Under the pieces are notes generated by a model. That model was given only the letters and a program-made list of their open reading frames with translations, had not been told where the DNA came from and searched no databases. A stretch of 64,000 bases of DNA, from assembly GCF_009914755.1 (NCBI RefSeq), contig NC_060926.1. One strand, given 5' to 3'. The translations under genes were made by a program, and so were the position numbers. This stretch comes from the human T2T-CHM13v2.0 reference genome, Homo sapiens. Shown piece after piece: positions 43,071-62,939 of this stretch. Numbering within the stretch: the first letter of the stretch is position 1; each line of letters begins with the position of its first letter.

Positions 43071-46000
43071 GCAAATACTTAAAATTCTTATGTAAAATGA
43101 TTTTCTATATTTGTGAAAAAATATGACTTTTTAAATGGTGTTGACACCAACTTCTCTGTACATACCCTCAATTCCAATGTTAACAATTCCTTTAAAAAGG
43201 CAAAAGACACAAAAGTTTAGCATTTACCAAACCAGTCTGTACAAACCTTACAGCCAGAAGGGAAAAAAATAGCTTGTGGTAAATAAGTCAATTTTCTTTT
43301 AAAATAAAAAATAAACCCCAAAACTATTCCCCTTATTGCATTTTTCTGAAATAATCTGAGTGTCTTTAGAGTAACTTCCTTTGAAATAATTTGTGCCTTA
43401 ACAGTGAGGTCCTACATCAAACATACCATATATGAGAAATTCAAAGTCTTCCACTGTCACTTTTTACAGATATTAAAATATATATTACTTAAAATATATT
43501 ACTGGAAAGCTATTTTTAAAATTGATCTTCAATAGTTGTATCAAATGTAAAGCATTAAAAAAAATAAAGTAACCAAGAATCTACGAAGCTATTGCTTCAA
43601 CTTTAGGAAATGTTTTACCTACTGTTCTCTTTCAATAGGTTTGTAGGTATTGAAACATGGTAGGAAAGGCCCCTGCCTATCACCATGTTTCTCAAAGTCT
43701 CTTTGGACTATTCTATAAATTGAGCTGAAAACTACCCTTGGCCAAGTTACTTACTTAGCACACAGTTGTAAGGAGATGGGGAGACTTTTCCCTCCTTGCT
43801 ATGATGTGAAACCTCTAGGTCAAAGAGAAAACACTCTGGCACTGCTCACTGATAGTGAGTTCTAGAAATAAATAGCAGTGTAATGACCAGAGAAGTCTCC
43901 CCACTCCTCACCCCCATTATAGCAAATCACTTCACCAGAGAGTTATTTATGGCTCTCTAAGGTGGAGAAAGGCAATAATAAACAACAGAATGTTAACTGT
44001 CAGGTCATTAATATGTATGACTTTGCACCTTCACCTGGAAGGCAATGAGGTCTTCCTTTGGCTATTTAAATCTGAGATAAGCTCTAAAACATGTACATCC
44101 GTATGCCTTCACAGCCCAATAAGTATGCTCTCTCCACCCCAAGTTTCCCATTTGCCAGCTCTTATTCTTAGAAATGTTACATGAAATACCACAGATAGCT
44201 TCAGTATCTTGAGCATAGGGGTTATGGAACAAGTAGGACAAACAACTCCAGGCTATTTGGCTTTACTTTCTGTTTAATAGGATGGAGAATTCTAATTCTC
44301 CAAAATTATTTAAGATTCAGGGAGACTTATTTACTAGACAACTTAGAATCTTTATAAACAAGACTGAGACTATATTATTGATGCTATCTCCTGGGGTGAC
44401 CTGCAGTGGAGGACATCTGAAGGCTAGATAGGGGTGCACGGGAGGCGTATGCATCAGGCATAATGCCTGACTAGTCACTGGAAATAATGCCAGGTCATAC
44501 CCTAAGAATAAGCTCAGCATTTATTAAAACTTTTCAGATTGGGATGAAAGGTAAAACAACTCAAAAAACTAAGGTAAAGATTGCTTTAAAGGTGCTGCTG
44601 GAATACCATACTAATAAAGGTTTTGTTTCTACTGCTTCATTTTCTAAAAGGCCAGATTGTAATGTGTTTTTTTTTTTTTTAATTTTTCTGTTCAGCTTTT
44701 AAGATGAATGGCTTTCCACTTGAAACCTCTGTGTTGAAACCAACTGATAAATAGACTGGTATTCAAGTTACTACCCAACTGAGAGAACTTAACTGTTCTC
44801 TTGTCTGGTCAAGATTGAGGCAGTGTATCTAGTTGGCAATATCTGTTTTAGGAGTATTCCTAAATGCAAATATTTAGCTGAGTATTATTTGTTAAGATAA
44901 TCTAGTGAACAGCAATGTTTAGGACCTATCTATAAGAGCCTGGGTCAAGATGAAGAGGCACAATATGGTTTGCTCTCTAAACGGACTTAAAAATCCCTGA
45001 TACCTTTCCTCCTTTCCTAGTTATAGTCTGTTCATCCCTAAGTTAAGGGTAGCACAGAGGAAAACCTTTCTGACAGGAAAAAGGTAAAGCAGAAAAATCA
45101 CTTTCATCAATCCAAACTGGTAACTGACATTTAGCATGGAATCAATTCCAAAACTCTCAACCTCTTCCAGCATGCAGACCAGCCCTCGGCCCTGGCACTA
45201 AGGTGGAGTTAAGGGGTAGGGCAGGGAGAGTTCTATGCAGCAACAGGTCTCTTTAAACCCTTCCTGGATTGCCCAAGGTACTGAATATTTGGGAGCACCA
45301 TTATTTCTGTTTTCTACTGGTTCTTGGCTTGAAAATATACTCCTTATCCCCAATCCTTGCAGCCTTCTTATCTCTTAGCTGTGTGTGCTGGAAGAAAGGA
45401 GAAAGATGGACAGACATATCGTTCTGGCTGAAGCTGGAACACAGATATTAATCCTATATTGGCCTTGGGCCACAAAAAAGCCAGAAGTGAAAAGTGAAAA
45501 ACAGTGAAGTGAGTTTCTTACGGAGAGGAGCGGAGCAGGGGCTGTGGGAAAGCATCGAAGAGTGTGTGATGTGGGGGTGGGGTGGGCAGTGGTGGGTAGT
45601 AGAATGGGGGCAAAACAGAGATGATTATTGCCCATTTTCTCCTAATCTGGAATGTGACTTAACAAGTTTAAACTGTTCTGCATTTTGTAAATATCACATC
45701 CTGAATATGAAGGACAAATACAACTGTACTATGTTGCATTAACATTTGTACTTTACCCATTCCAAATTAGGAGACTTGAAATCAATATGCAAATGATGCA
45801 AATTGACACTCCCCCATTTAATACAAAATTCTGTTAAACTGCAGGTTTATTTTAATGTTCCTTAACCATGACCTAAATATTATGTACTCACAATTTCTTC
45901 AGTCACTAGAGAAGGATTTAAAAACAAAAAAGGAAACAAGAAAGAAAAAGAAACAAAAACAAGCAACCAAAAAACCTTTAGGGCTCATTTTCCTTCCTTT

Positions 46001-47325
46001 CCAGATGTTCCCTTAGCCATTCAGAGGCCTCTTTCCATTAGAAATTTCTAGTGCTCAGACAGCAGTAATCCAAACAAGGGCTATATTTTCTAAAACAGGA
46101 AAAATGTCTTGTATTGTGTGTGTGTGTGTACATACACGTATGTGTAAAGTAAGATATAATAAGATGATGTCATCCTGTTCAGATGCCTGGGAGGTCAAAA
46201 CAGGTTGAACAGAATGAACAAATGTGGCATTGGTGAGCTTTTCTACCTGCAACAGCAGCTGACTATCTAGCACTAGGTTAACAGGTTGGGAGAGAAGAGG
46301 AAAAGAGAAGCGACCTTGTTCTAGTGTCAAAACTGTTTTCCAAAGTTATTTACGTTCAATTTAACAGTTTCTGTGGTTTCACTCCCCTTGCTCAACAAGA
46401 TGTAGCTCAAATCACCCAATCACTAACACTTTCCTGTTCATTTTATATGAGTATTTCAAAATTGTTAGTTACCACGAATGACTAAGTGCGGGGATAGGGT
46501 ATTTTTGCTGGAATTGTTGCACTGCACAGCCTGTAACAACACAGGGGGTCCCAGAGAGGCACTCCCTTCACGGACTACATTCACTGTCTCAGGGCAGGGG
46601 GTGGGATTAGGGAACAGCAGGGATCCACAAATTCCAAGCAGATTGCTTGGCAACAGTACCAGTAACTAGTAACTAGTACAGTAGAAGCCAAGAACCAAGT
46701 CAGGGCTTTCAGAGTCTGAAACACTACCTGTGAAATGAATTCCTTACCAAAAATTTCAATTTAAGAAGATTCCACCTAAGGTAAAGGGACTGAGTAAAAC
46801 CCTGAATCCAAGTCCTGCAAAGGCTGAATAATCTATGAATAACCTGCGGCCAGACTGTCCAGACAAAATCAGTGTGAATGGTCATTTCTTTAGACCATTC
46901 CTTCACTTTCCTTTTCCTAGCTTCCTAGGAAATGTCAGAAGGGAGACAGCTTCCTTTTACCATGCCGGCATTAAACTTTTCTCAGTCACAAGTAGTAGAA
47001 CATTAATCTGAATTCAAAGTAATACATTATTACCTAAACACTTGGAAAAATAATGTTAAACAAAATGTGACATATTTACATGATTTTGTAAGTGCAAACT
47101 TGTCACAAATTCACAAAGTCTTGCTTGACTTAGACTTACTATACAAGGTGCTCTTCCTCTAAAATGTAAAAAATCTGTACTTTGTATTCCTGATTAAGTA
47201 ACATTTGTCTCTGAAGACAACTGAAACCTACTTGTTTATTTCTGTGATTCCAAAAGGACGCAAAAAACCCAACTGGTCAACCCTTCCCTTCCCCCTCCTT
47301 TACAGTGTATCTCTTTCTAGTCTCA

Positions 47326-49854
<2,529 letters not shown>

Positions 49855-50231
49855 TTAAAAACAGATGAACACTACAGTACCTGTGACAAACATGGGTGGT
49901 CTATGGCCGAGAGGCCAAACCTTGGAGACAGCAATACTAGTTTGTCTCTAGGGTCCTTGCATCCACTTTTTCTATTGGTGCCAAAGACGACTGCTTCCAC
50001 TCTCACCCCAAATCCCCACACCTCTTTTCCTATCTCAACTCCCTCCTAATGCCACTATTACAAGTGCTTATTATGATACAAAGTTTTCTATGGTATTTGC
50101 ATTTTTAAAAAGTGTATTTATGTTTGAGAAAGAAGAGAAAAGCAAGCAAGCCAGCCACCCATACCACTACTGTCTTTTAGTTCTTAGCTTTACTACCAAG
50201 GTCCAGGGGAAAATACTTGCTCTTCTCTGTT

Positions 50232-50234
<3 letters not shown>

Positions 50235-50275
<41 letters not shown>
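50235..50275. repeat. (CA)n microsatellite
   Basis: About 20 CA units in the last ASXL2 intron. Confidence 0.95.
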
Positions 50276-50278
<3 letters not shown>

Positions 50279-50531
50279 GGCTGGATTATCTCAAATTACA
50301 CAGGCTTCTAGACAGCACTGGAAGGAAGACAATGTGTGATCTATAGGAGCCCCCACCATGCCCATACACATAAAGGAGTATGTACATAATGTTTGCCAGC
50401 CATTCTCATCTCTGGCTGGTATTATATTTACTTGCGCAATTTTAAAATATATATGCTCTGGGTCCTATCCCAAAAAATTACAAATCAGAACCCCCAAGAC
50501 CCTAGGAAGTCTTTTTTTTTTTTTTAGATAG

Positions 50532-50714
<183 letters not shown>

Positions 50715-50958
50715 TAGGCTAGTCTTGAACTCCTGACCTCTTGTGATATACCTGCCTCGGCCTCCCAAAGTGCTGGGATTACAGGCATGAGCCACAGCAC
50801 CCAGCCTGAAAAAGCCTGGCCAACACAGTGACTCCAGAGGGAGCCTCCAGCTCAAAAAAAAAAAAAAAAAAAGTTTCTAAAAAGCTACTTGTGAGATTCT
50901 GATGTCTATCAGGTTTGAAACCATTGATTTCCTTCTTTTTTTTTTTTTTTTTTTTTGA

Positions 50959-51260
<302 letters not shown>

Positions 51261-52192
51261 TAAAATCATCATGTCTGAAACAAATCTGCCTTCTGTCCTG
51301 AACAATACTTTGAAAGCTATTAGAGTTACTAATAATTCAACAAGATGTGGACTCTTCTAGTAACTGGTTGAGTTTAAAGGAGCAAATAACTGTTAAGATG
51401 TTCTAAAGCATTTAATTAAAAAAAAATTAACCCACTAAACCCTAAGAAAATGCATGCCATTTTTCTTAATGTTTTTAAATTAAGAATAATAAAGTCACTA
51501 AACATTTTTCATTATTTGCAATACTCATTTCTCAAAAGGTCAGTAGTCCTCAAAAACTGATTCTCTAATTCCGAAGTTAGAGCCATGGGACTTCATAACA
51601 GGTGTCACAGAGTATATATTTTACATCAGGAAACCTATTTAATCTCTCTAAGAGCTAAATCTATTTCACATCCAATTCGAACAAGCCTAGATAGTATATT
51701 TACTCATCACATAGCATTTTAGAGGCTGCCTACAGTAAGAAAGAAGCAGTTATTGTCCCTTATTTATATCATATGAAAGAAACTGCAGGGGAAAAAATGA
51801 AAAAAAAAAAAAGATAAAACTAAAAAAGTAAATACAAGAAAGGTGTTTAGGGGAATTTATATAGGGACAAACAACTTTACATAAGAATACTCGTGAGAGT
51901 AACTCTATACCTAACATAATACATCATATCTATCATAATAACACAATCATTAATAACATGTTGAAATCAAATAAGAACAACCATTATAAGTGGTTAAAAT
52001 GAAAGGTTTCGATACCTAAAAATAAGTTTCAGTTACTTACGTAAATAGCCCTATTACCTGATTATGCAAAATAAATCATATTTCTTTTTAAGTACAAAAC
52101 CAAAGCTGTCCAGGCATTGATAACAATTTAATTTACTGAGAAGCCCTACCCTGGGAGAGCAGAGAGATTCAATCCTTTTCTTTTTAAGTGTA

Positions 52193-52502
52193 CAGTCATC
52201 CCTTGGTATCCATGGGGGATTGGTTCTAGGACCCCAGAGGATATCAAAATCTGAGGATGCTCAAGTCCTTTATATAAAATGGCGTAGTATTTGCAGATAA
52301 CCTCCACATATCTTCCCATATATTTTAAGTCATCTCTAGATTATTTATAACACCTAACATAATGTAAATGCTATATAAATTGTTATACTGTATTTTTACA
52401 TTTGTATTTAATTTTCTTTTCCAAATATTGCGATAGGTGGTTGGTTGAAAATACTGCATTAACCTTGAGGATGTGGAACTTGCTGATACAGAGGGCTGAC
52501 TG
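52193..52502. mobile_element. MER2 (TcMar-Tigger)
   Basis: CAGTCATCCCTTGGTATCCATGGGGGATTGGTTC...GAGGGCTGACTG with TA flanks. Confidence 0.85.
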
Positions 52503-53291
52503 TATAGGGAATGTAAAACATATAATGTGCATGTGTGTATATATAGTTTTTATATACATTTGTATATATATAAAAGTTGTAACTAAGTTATAACATTTAT
52601 ACTACATTGTGAATTTTGTTTTCTACTACTACATTGTGAATTTTGTTTTCTACTTAAATTTTGTTTAAAAGGTTTTGTTCTGTTATAAATTACATTAAAC
52701 TTTGTCTAAGAAAGCAGTATTTGAGATAGGGTCTAAGAGAAGAGAGTTACTAAAGACACTTCTGGAGAAGTCTTTTTTGAGGGAGATGAGGGAGAAGAAA
52801 GGAAAAGAACTGAAAAAAGTAAAATTATATTAACTTGGTCACAGTGGATTAAAGTTTCTGTGTAATCCCTTTGGACTAGCAGAAAGCAGACAGAATATGA
52901 TGTAACCCAGCCTGTTTACAGGTGAGAAAATAGAAATGATGGGTCTTAGCAACATTTATAGCAAAACCTAAACAGTTACTCAGCTCTCAGGTCTGGAGAT
53001 AAGCTGTGAATGACATTGAAGAAAAGTTTCTAATATTTTTATAAGAAAGAATAGTAAAAGTGATTATAATAAAAATCAGAATCTCTGGCGATGCATGTTA
53101 ATGGTAGAAAAAAAAATAAGAAAAAACCCCCATAGATTCGTAAGTGCTAAAATCACCAATTTTAAAGAGCAATGAATTGGCCAGGCGTGGTGGCTCACAC
53201 CTATAACCCTAGCACTTTGGGAGGCCGAGGCAGGTGGATCTTGAAGTCAGGAGTTCAAGACCAGCCTGGCCAACACGGTGAGACCCCTTTA

Positions 53292-53824
<533 letters not shown>

Positions 53825-54468
53825 TCAAGTTCTGGTAAGTGAATCTTTCCAAGGAATACTTCCTGACAGAACTAATTTTGGTTCACCTCAGTTAAATAAA
53901 AAGGGGGAAAAAGTACTTTTACTAGTCTTATTTTTCCATTTATATCCTAATGAGTAATATTCAGTGCGTTGCCTCTTAAATTCCTTGGTAAGAAAAATAA
54001 ACACTATTTATTAAATGAATGAACTGCAAGCTGATATTAAGCACAAGCCCAAGTATTAATAAACCTTTAAGATCAGAAGTAAAAATGTGTTTGGGTTTTA
54101 AAAGGCATTGTATATTAAGACAGTCAAAGATACTACCTAGAAGAATTTGAAAGATTTGACATGCAGCAATACAAGGCTAACTGGAAGTTAATCACATGCT
54201 AAGCAGCAGAGCTTACCAAGACTATTCCATGTTACTAGTGTCCCTCAAGTAACCAGTAGTGACAGAAGACAGCTACACATATTTCCTTTAATAGGAGGGA
54301 GCTAAAGGTAGTTCCTGATTCACAGAACATCAAGTCAGTTATGGTAGCAAGAAAAGGGTAAACTCAAATACCATGGCTCTTGGTACAAAGATAGGATCCT
54401 TTGATTACACCAATAGTCTCCTCATGCTTAGTCTCACATTTCTTATTTTGTCAATAATTTTCATGATG

Positions 54469-54723
54469 GTCTGGAAGCATGCATTACAGACTACCTGTAG
54501 GGGAACCGAAGGAAGCCCAAGACTCTTCCACCCTGGGATTGTGATCAACTCTTCTCTGCAATATCTGCGTGAACCCTGGCCCAAAAAATCTAAGAGGTCC
54601 TGAGGAGACAGTAGGACAGTTGGCTGTCAATGTTCTACAGAGGCTGAGAATTATAACTAAGTTTTTGGAAGTCCATTTAAATTATATTTGGTCTAAGAGT
54701 CTGAGATCAGGTGCCTCTGAGCT
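54469..54723 (+). repeat. Copy A of a ~255-bp diverged direct repeat
   Basis: Aligns by eye to 56093-56345. Confidence 0.9.
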
Positions 54724-54921
54724 CAAGTAGTGAGCACAGGGGTGGTTTACATTAGATGCCCAGGTACCTTCCTTATGCAAACATCAGTAAAGACCTGTAT
54801 GTAGGACTGCAGTTCTAAATGCCCATCTATCATTTTATTTGTGTAAGACCATAGTTACATATTTATCAAATATATCCAACTGCTTCTGCATTAAGAACTA
54901 CCACAATTTACTTGAAATTTA

Positions 54922-55830
<909 letters not shown>

Positions 55831-55844
55831 TTATCTTCACTATT

Positions 55845-56070
55845 AGTAGTAGTGAAAGTTCTGGAGTCAGAGTGCCTGGATTCAAATTCTGGCTCTGATA
55901 CCTACCGTCCGTGTGATATTAAGTAAATGACTAGCCTTCTTTACTTCAGTTTCTTCAATTGTACACTAGGTTTAATTACTTCATAGTGTTGCTATGACAA
56001 TTAAGTTAATCCATATAAAGTACTTGCCTAACACATAATGAAAGTTCAGTAATAGTAGTTATTATTACTT
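55845..56070 (+). mobile_element. MIR
   Basis: CTGGAGTCAGAGTGCCTGGATTCAAATTCTGGCTCTG...CTTCAGTTTCTTCAATTGT. Confidence 0.7.
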
Positions 56071-56092
56071 CTGCTTATAGAGGGGCCACATT

Positions 56093-56345
56093 GTCTGGAC
56101 GCATGCATCACAGACTACCTGCAAGGGAACTGAAGGAAGCCCAAGACCCTTCCACCCTGTGATTGTGGTCAACTCTTCTCTGCAATATCTGTGCAAACCC
56201 AGGCCCCAAAAATCTAAGAGGACCTGAGGAGACAGCTGGCTGTCAATGTTCTATAGAGGCTGAGAATTATAGCTGAGTTTTGGAAAGCCCATTTAAATCC
56301 CACTTGGTTTAGCTCTAAAATTCTGAGATCGAGTGTCTCTAAGCT
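56093..56345 (+). repeat. Copy B of a ~255-bp diverged direct repeat
   Basis: Aligns by eye to 54469-54723. Confidence 0.9.
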
Positions 56346-58256
56346 ATTCTGAGGGTATAGTTCCATTGAGATATCCATAATGTGGCTTGGCTAAAAGCTA
56401 GGCTAATCTGTAAAGGTCATTAGTGACTCTTCTTAATGTTTTAGAATACTGTACAACATGTAAAATCAATGAGCCTTCTTTGGTGACTTCAAAGAGTCAG
56501 TACTGTGCTTCTGAGATGGAATGGTTAGGGACAAAACTGGGCAATAATCAAAAACAGTCTTTCTATAAAAGCTGACAAAAAGTAATAGTTGAAAATAGAA
56601 AGACCCACGAACTGTTGTAATCCTCTATCTGCTTAAGAAGGAGGGAATGGGCCAGGCACAGTGGCTCATGCCTGTAATCCCAGCACTTTGGGAGGTGGGC
56701 AGATCGCTTGAGCACAGGGGTTTGAAACCAGCCTGTGCAACAGGGCAAAACCCCACTCCTACAAAAAATACAATAATTAGCTGGGTGTGGTGGCATGCAC
56801 CTGGAGTCCCAGCTACTCAGGAGGCTGAGGTGGAAGGACTGCCTAAGCCCGGGAGATTAAGGCTACAGTGAACCGTGATTGTGCCACTGCACTCCAGCCT
56901 GAGGGACAGAGTGGGACCCTGTCTTTGAAAAAAAAAAAAGAAAAAGAGAAAAAAAAGGAGGGAATGAACAAATATTTGTAGAATTACTGCTACCTGCAAT
57001 AATGGTCTAAATGTACCAAACATCACTTCTATAGCTCAATGCTCATACCAAAAATATAGAAAAATCAGTTTATAGAACTCTTTTTTTTTTTGAGACAAGG
57101 TCTCACTTCGTCGCCCAGGCTGGAGTGCAATGGCGTAATCTTGGTCACTGCAACCTCCGCCTCCCAGGTTTAAACGATTCTTCCACCTGAGCCTGGGTCT
57201 ACAGGTACGCACCACTACACCCAGCTAATTTTTTGGTATTTTTTTTAGAGATGTGGTTTTGCCATGTTGCCCAAGTTGGTCTCGAATTCCTGGGCTCAAG
57301 TGATCCGCCCACCTCAGCCTCCCAAAGCACTGAGATTACAGGTGTGAGCCACCGCAACTGGCCGCAGTTTATGGAACTCTTAATCTCAATAGGAATATTT
57401 CCTAAATGACTGTGAAGGAGATGGATAAATACTACTTGGAGACAAGGAAAAGGAGAACTTAGTTTTCAAGCTGTGGTTACGGGTCTTCTTAAGGGCTGCC
57501 ATTGGTGTGCAGAAGGAAGGAAGGGAGACTAACAAGTAGGAGTCCAAGTGTTCAATCCTATTTCAAACAGAACATCTCCATTACCATCTATTTAAATGTC
57601 CCATTATAATTTCACTGTTGGATCTTTTGTTGGGGGGGAAAAACTGATTTAGGCTACAGCCTCTTTTAAACAGAATTTATATCTTGATTCAGCTATGTAC
57701 ATCTCCCAGAGTGCCTTTTACAGAGGAGAGGCTCTTTAATTACAGGTTGGTTCTAATAGTCCACATTACAAAATTCCTAAGATTCCTTAGTGATTCTGGA
57801 TAGCTACATTTTGGGATAATTAACTACTATAAAAAGTGGACAGAACCTCAGTATTCTGGCTCGGAGTGGTGGCTCATACCTGTAATCCCAGCACTTTGGG
57901 AGGCCGAGGAGGGCAGATCACCTGAAGTCAGGAGTTCGAGACCAGCCTGGCCAACATGGTGAAACCCCAACTCCACTAAAAATACAAAATTTGCCAGGTG
58001 TGGTGGTACACGCCTGTAATCCCAGCTACTCAGGAGGCTGAGGCAGAATTGCTTGAAACCAGAAGGCACAGGTTGCAGTGAGTCTGAGATTGCGCCACTG
58101 TACTCCAGCCTGGGCGACAAGAGTGAAACTCTGTCTCAAAAAAAGAAAAAAAAAAAAAAGAACTAAAGAACTTCAATATTCTTCTATCTTATAAAGTAAC
58201 CAGAAGAAAAACCAATCTTTTCAAAGAAAGGGACTCTTAATTCAAAGTTTTTTTAG

Positions 58257-58443
<187 letters not shown>

Positions 58444-58824
58444 TAGAGACGGGGTTTCACCATGTTGGTCAGGCTGGTCTCGAACTCCTGACCTCAGGAG
58501 TTCGCCTCGGCCTCCCAAAGTGCTGGGGTTATAGTGTGAGCCACTGCGCCCAGCTAAAAAATTTGTTTTTAAAGAAGCCATTTCACCTACAATGACAGTT
58601 TTAAGGGTAAAGTATGATGAGTAATCTAATTCTGTGAACCCGTGATTCATAATAAGAAAAAAACTTCTTCCTAAAGAAGAATCAGTGAGACAAAAAAAAA
58701 AACAAAATAAAACAAAACAGAAGGAAACTGGGGCCTAGATTTTCTGAGAAGGTAATGAGATAAAGCACTACATGACTTATATGTAGGAATTAACATTTGG
58801 TTTATAGAACCTGTCCTAATATTA

Positions 58825-58956
<132 letters not shown>

Positions 58957-61295
58957 TCAATAGAAAAATGCTATTTGCAACATGTAACTATTTATAAATC
59001 ATGAAAGACTCACGCAGGAATTGGAATACTACCATGTGAAAGTAACAGAAACTCCTCAAACCTCCTCACTGTAAAGGAGGACCTAAATGCCATTAGGTGA
59101 AATAAAAATATGTTTGCACACCACTCCAGGTAGCTTTCAGTACTCAGCTGAGGCTGACAAAGCCTTTTCGCTGGGCTTCCCTGTGGTACCTTCCTCACGC
59201 TCCAAGCATCACACTCCATACAGATTTATTTTATCTCTTACCTAGAACTTCCAATTTATTTTCCACTAAAAGAAAAAGTGATGTGCTTTCAATAAACTAT
59301 GCCACTGGGCATTTTTACTATTTTAAAGATCAGTTTCTCCAAGGCAAGTTAATTTTAGGCTTTTTACCTCTAACTGCATAAAGAAAAGCTATGGCCCTAG
59401 CATTCGAGATTCCAGTAAAAAGGTAGGGAGTTATTCTGGAGTTGTCAGTTTTCTAATTGTTCCACAAATTGTACCAGGCTAATGCTCTAGCAAGAAGATA
59501 CTCAACATGCCAAAGACCCAGCTGCTCTGAATATGCCATTTATTTGCATATACTACCAACCACCTCAATCCTTCCCACTCCATCAGCAGAGAACAGTGAA
59601 TGTGCTTGGTAGGCCATCTTCAAACTTGTGGCTCAGATAGACTGCTCTCTTTTATACTCTAATACCCAGGACATCAAGGAATAAGAGGTAGAAATGGCAG
59701 AATTTGAAGTTTAAGACCTCCTGGGGGTGAGAAGAAGGAGAGGAAAAGTGTTAGAGGACCGTGGACATCACAGTCGTGGGCAAAGGATTGGGAAAAGAGA
59801 GATTTGGCTGTCAGAATCCAACCCAGAACTCCTGCTATTGAGTCTACTGTGTATCTGAAAATGAGGAATAAAATGTACTGGACTCTGTTCACATATATAC
59901 AGTGTTCCAAGTTGTTGTTCATAAAATATGATCACATGACTATAGGTACAGCAGTCACTTGCTTGCATGTTAAAAAAAAAAGTAACACTGATAATAATAA
60001 TCGCAGTATCATTGCTGACAGTACCTAGTTACAAAAAAGTGGGGGCTGAGGAAGTAAATCCTTTACCAATTTATTCTTAAAGAAAGGTACCGGTAGAACT
60101 GGTATGTTTTAATCTTTCTGAGAAAAAAAAAAAGGGGTCTCTGCCCAAAAATATCTGTAGGAAAGAGAAAGGACAAAGTAATCAGAGCAAGAGATCCCTT
60201 CTACATAGAATTTCTTCTAAAAGAAGAGGATGGGAAAAGTCAACAATTTCAAGAAACAATCTAGATTATATATTAGCTGTTCACTTTAACTGGTAGGGAT
60301 CTGACAGAAAATAAACAATGAAGAGCATTCCTAATGCGTTCCTTACAAATGTATATATTTTAAAGTCTCTCATACTTGTTTTAGGCTATTCTTTGGTATA
60401 CGACTTTTCAAGTGCTATTTTTTATTCCATGTATACTGAAAAACAGATGTAATAAAAATAATTCAGCCAGTGGTTTTACTTATGTCTGCATATTAGAATC
60501 GTTTGGGAAAACTTTGAAACAAACAAACAAAACCAATAAAGCTCTGACACTAACCCAGAGCAATAAAAACAAAATCATTGACACTGGTGTTTGCACATCA
60601 GTATTTTTAAAAACACCACAGGTGTTTTTCAGCTGTAGAGGTGAAGAACTGCTAGTACTGACAGATACTATATGCAGTGCCCACACACAATCAGTCACTA
60701 GAAGCATGGCACACATGGCAGACCAGTGATCACAGTCAGTAATTCTTGGTCATGATCCATACTTACTACAATGTTCTGACTGCCAATTAACTGTCCATTT
60801 CAAATGGCTGAATTTTATATTATATGAAATATACCTTAATGAAGTGATCTTTTAAAAAGCTCTCACTGATTGCTTTTACTGTTAGTTTTATTGAGGCTAG
60901 GCAGTAATAAACAGATTATCTCACTGCTTACCAAACTGGGATGCAGAGCACCATAAAGTGACTAATTCTATACTTTTATTAGGGAGCCTAATACAATTTC
61001 AATTCCTAGGCATTAATGTAGAATTGCTGAATCAGAATCTTTAGGAGCAGGGCCCAAAAATCTGTATTTTTTAATTTCTTGGAAGCTTTATATCATTAAA
61101 GAAACATATTGCTAGATTCCATGTGGTGTTAACCTGGTAACATAGGCTCTAGATAAAAGTTTAACAACGTGTTCCACACATGATGGTTAATTCTATCCTA
61201 TGGAAACATCCTGTCCTTTACCTTCCAAAACTGCGTAATTACCTGATGAGGAAGAGAGGTGCTCTGAGTGCACACACCACCTGGGAGACACATTA

Positions 61296-61478
<183 letters not shown>

Positions 61479-61943
61479 TCATTTTATAAAAGAATGTATA
61501 TATATTTATTTTAATAGAAATATAACTATCTCATACTATGTGCTTATCCAACTCTGTTATTTAATGTAATATCACTTTGTTCTAAAACATTGCTTTCCTG
61601 TTTACCTCTCCTCACTCCTTTCTCTCCATTCACATCCATTCCCTAATAATTAAAAATCTACTCACAGAACCACACATATAGTGCTGGAACAACTGGCTAT
61701 CCACCCAGTAGAAAATAAAGCTGAATCCCAGATTCAGATAATGACAAAAAAAAAAAGAAAAAAAAAAGAAAAAAAAAAAAGAAGGATGGACTAAAAATCT
61801 AAATGTAAATTTTAAGTCAAAAACAGTTTTTTGAAGAAAATTAAGAAAATGATTTGGACATCCTTGAGATTGAGGAACTCTTCTTAACCCACTTTACTTT
61901 CCAAACGTATGTGGGTTGACATCATTTCCCCCTGGCTCTACAG

Positions 61944-62159
61944 CAGAAATTGGTAAACCTTCTGTAAAGGGCTAGACCACAAATACTTTAACTTTGCAGG
62001 CCATATGGCTTGATTTCAGCTACTCAACTCTGCCACTGTAGCACAAAAGTAGTTACGGACAATACGAAAACTAACAGGAGTGGCTTTAAGTCAACAAAAC
62101 TTTATTAATTAGGCAGTCAGCTGGAAATTGCCTAGTGGGCTGTAGTTTGCTGACTGCTG
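61944..62159. mobile_element. MER58A-like (hAT-Charlie)
   Basis: GGTAAACCTTCTGTAAAGGGC...TTTGCAGGCCATATGG...CTACTCAACTCTGCCACTGTAGC...GTAGTTTGCTGACTGCTG. Confidence 0.75.
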
Positions 62160-62711
62160 ATTCATACTCTAGAGAACTGGTACGAGGGTAATAGTGTTCT
62201 ATATAAGAGCAGTTTATCCAGTCTCTACTTGAGTATTACAGTGATAAGCAAGTTACTCCACTATAAGCCAATCTATTCTGCAGTTTAATCCTCCAACTGT
62301 GAAAAAGCTTTTTTAACCCCAAATCTGCTTTCTGTATAACAAAGTATACCTCTTCCATATCATGGGCCTTCTAATATATTGAAGGAGAGGGTTTTGATCC
62401 AAACCTATGTTTTTCTCTGGTCTAAATATTTTTCTACTCATTGCTGGATACTCCACACAGTCAAGTATGGCTTCCAACTTTTCATTCTTTAAACACTCTA
62501 AATTTCATCTGACAGTAGTTTGTATTCCACTTAATCGAAATTCTATATTCTCTACACATAAGGACAATGTTACTCAGATTACTGTGGGCTCCAACCATGT
62601 TAACAACTGGAAAAGACTAGCCAAGTAACCTCCTATTAAGAATACCCTGGCTGGGCGCGGTGGCTCACATCTGTAATCCCAGCACTTTGGGAGGCCGAGG
62701 CAGGTGGATCA

Positions 62712-62939
<228 letters not shown>

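Larger units (their letters stand above)
39050..47325 (-). other. ASXL2: ASXL2 long 3'UTR (~8.3 kb)
   Basis: Unique, AT-rich, Alu-free sequence from the stop codon to the AATAAA at 39069-39074. Repeat-dense DNA resumes just beyond. The 3' end is approximate. Confidence 0.75.
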
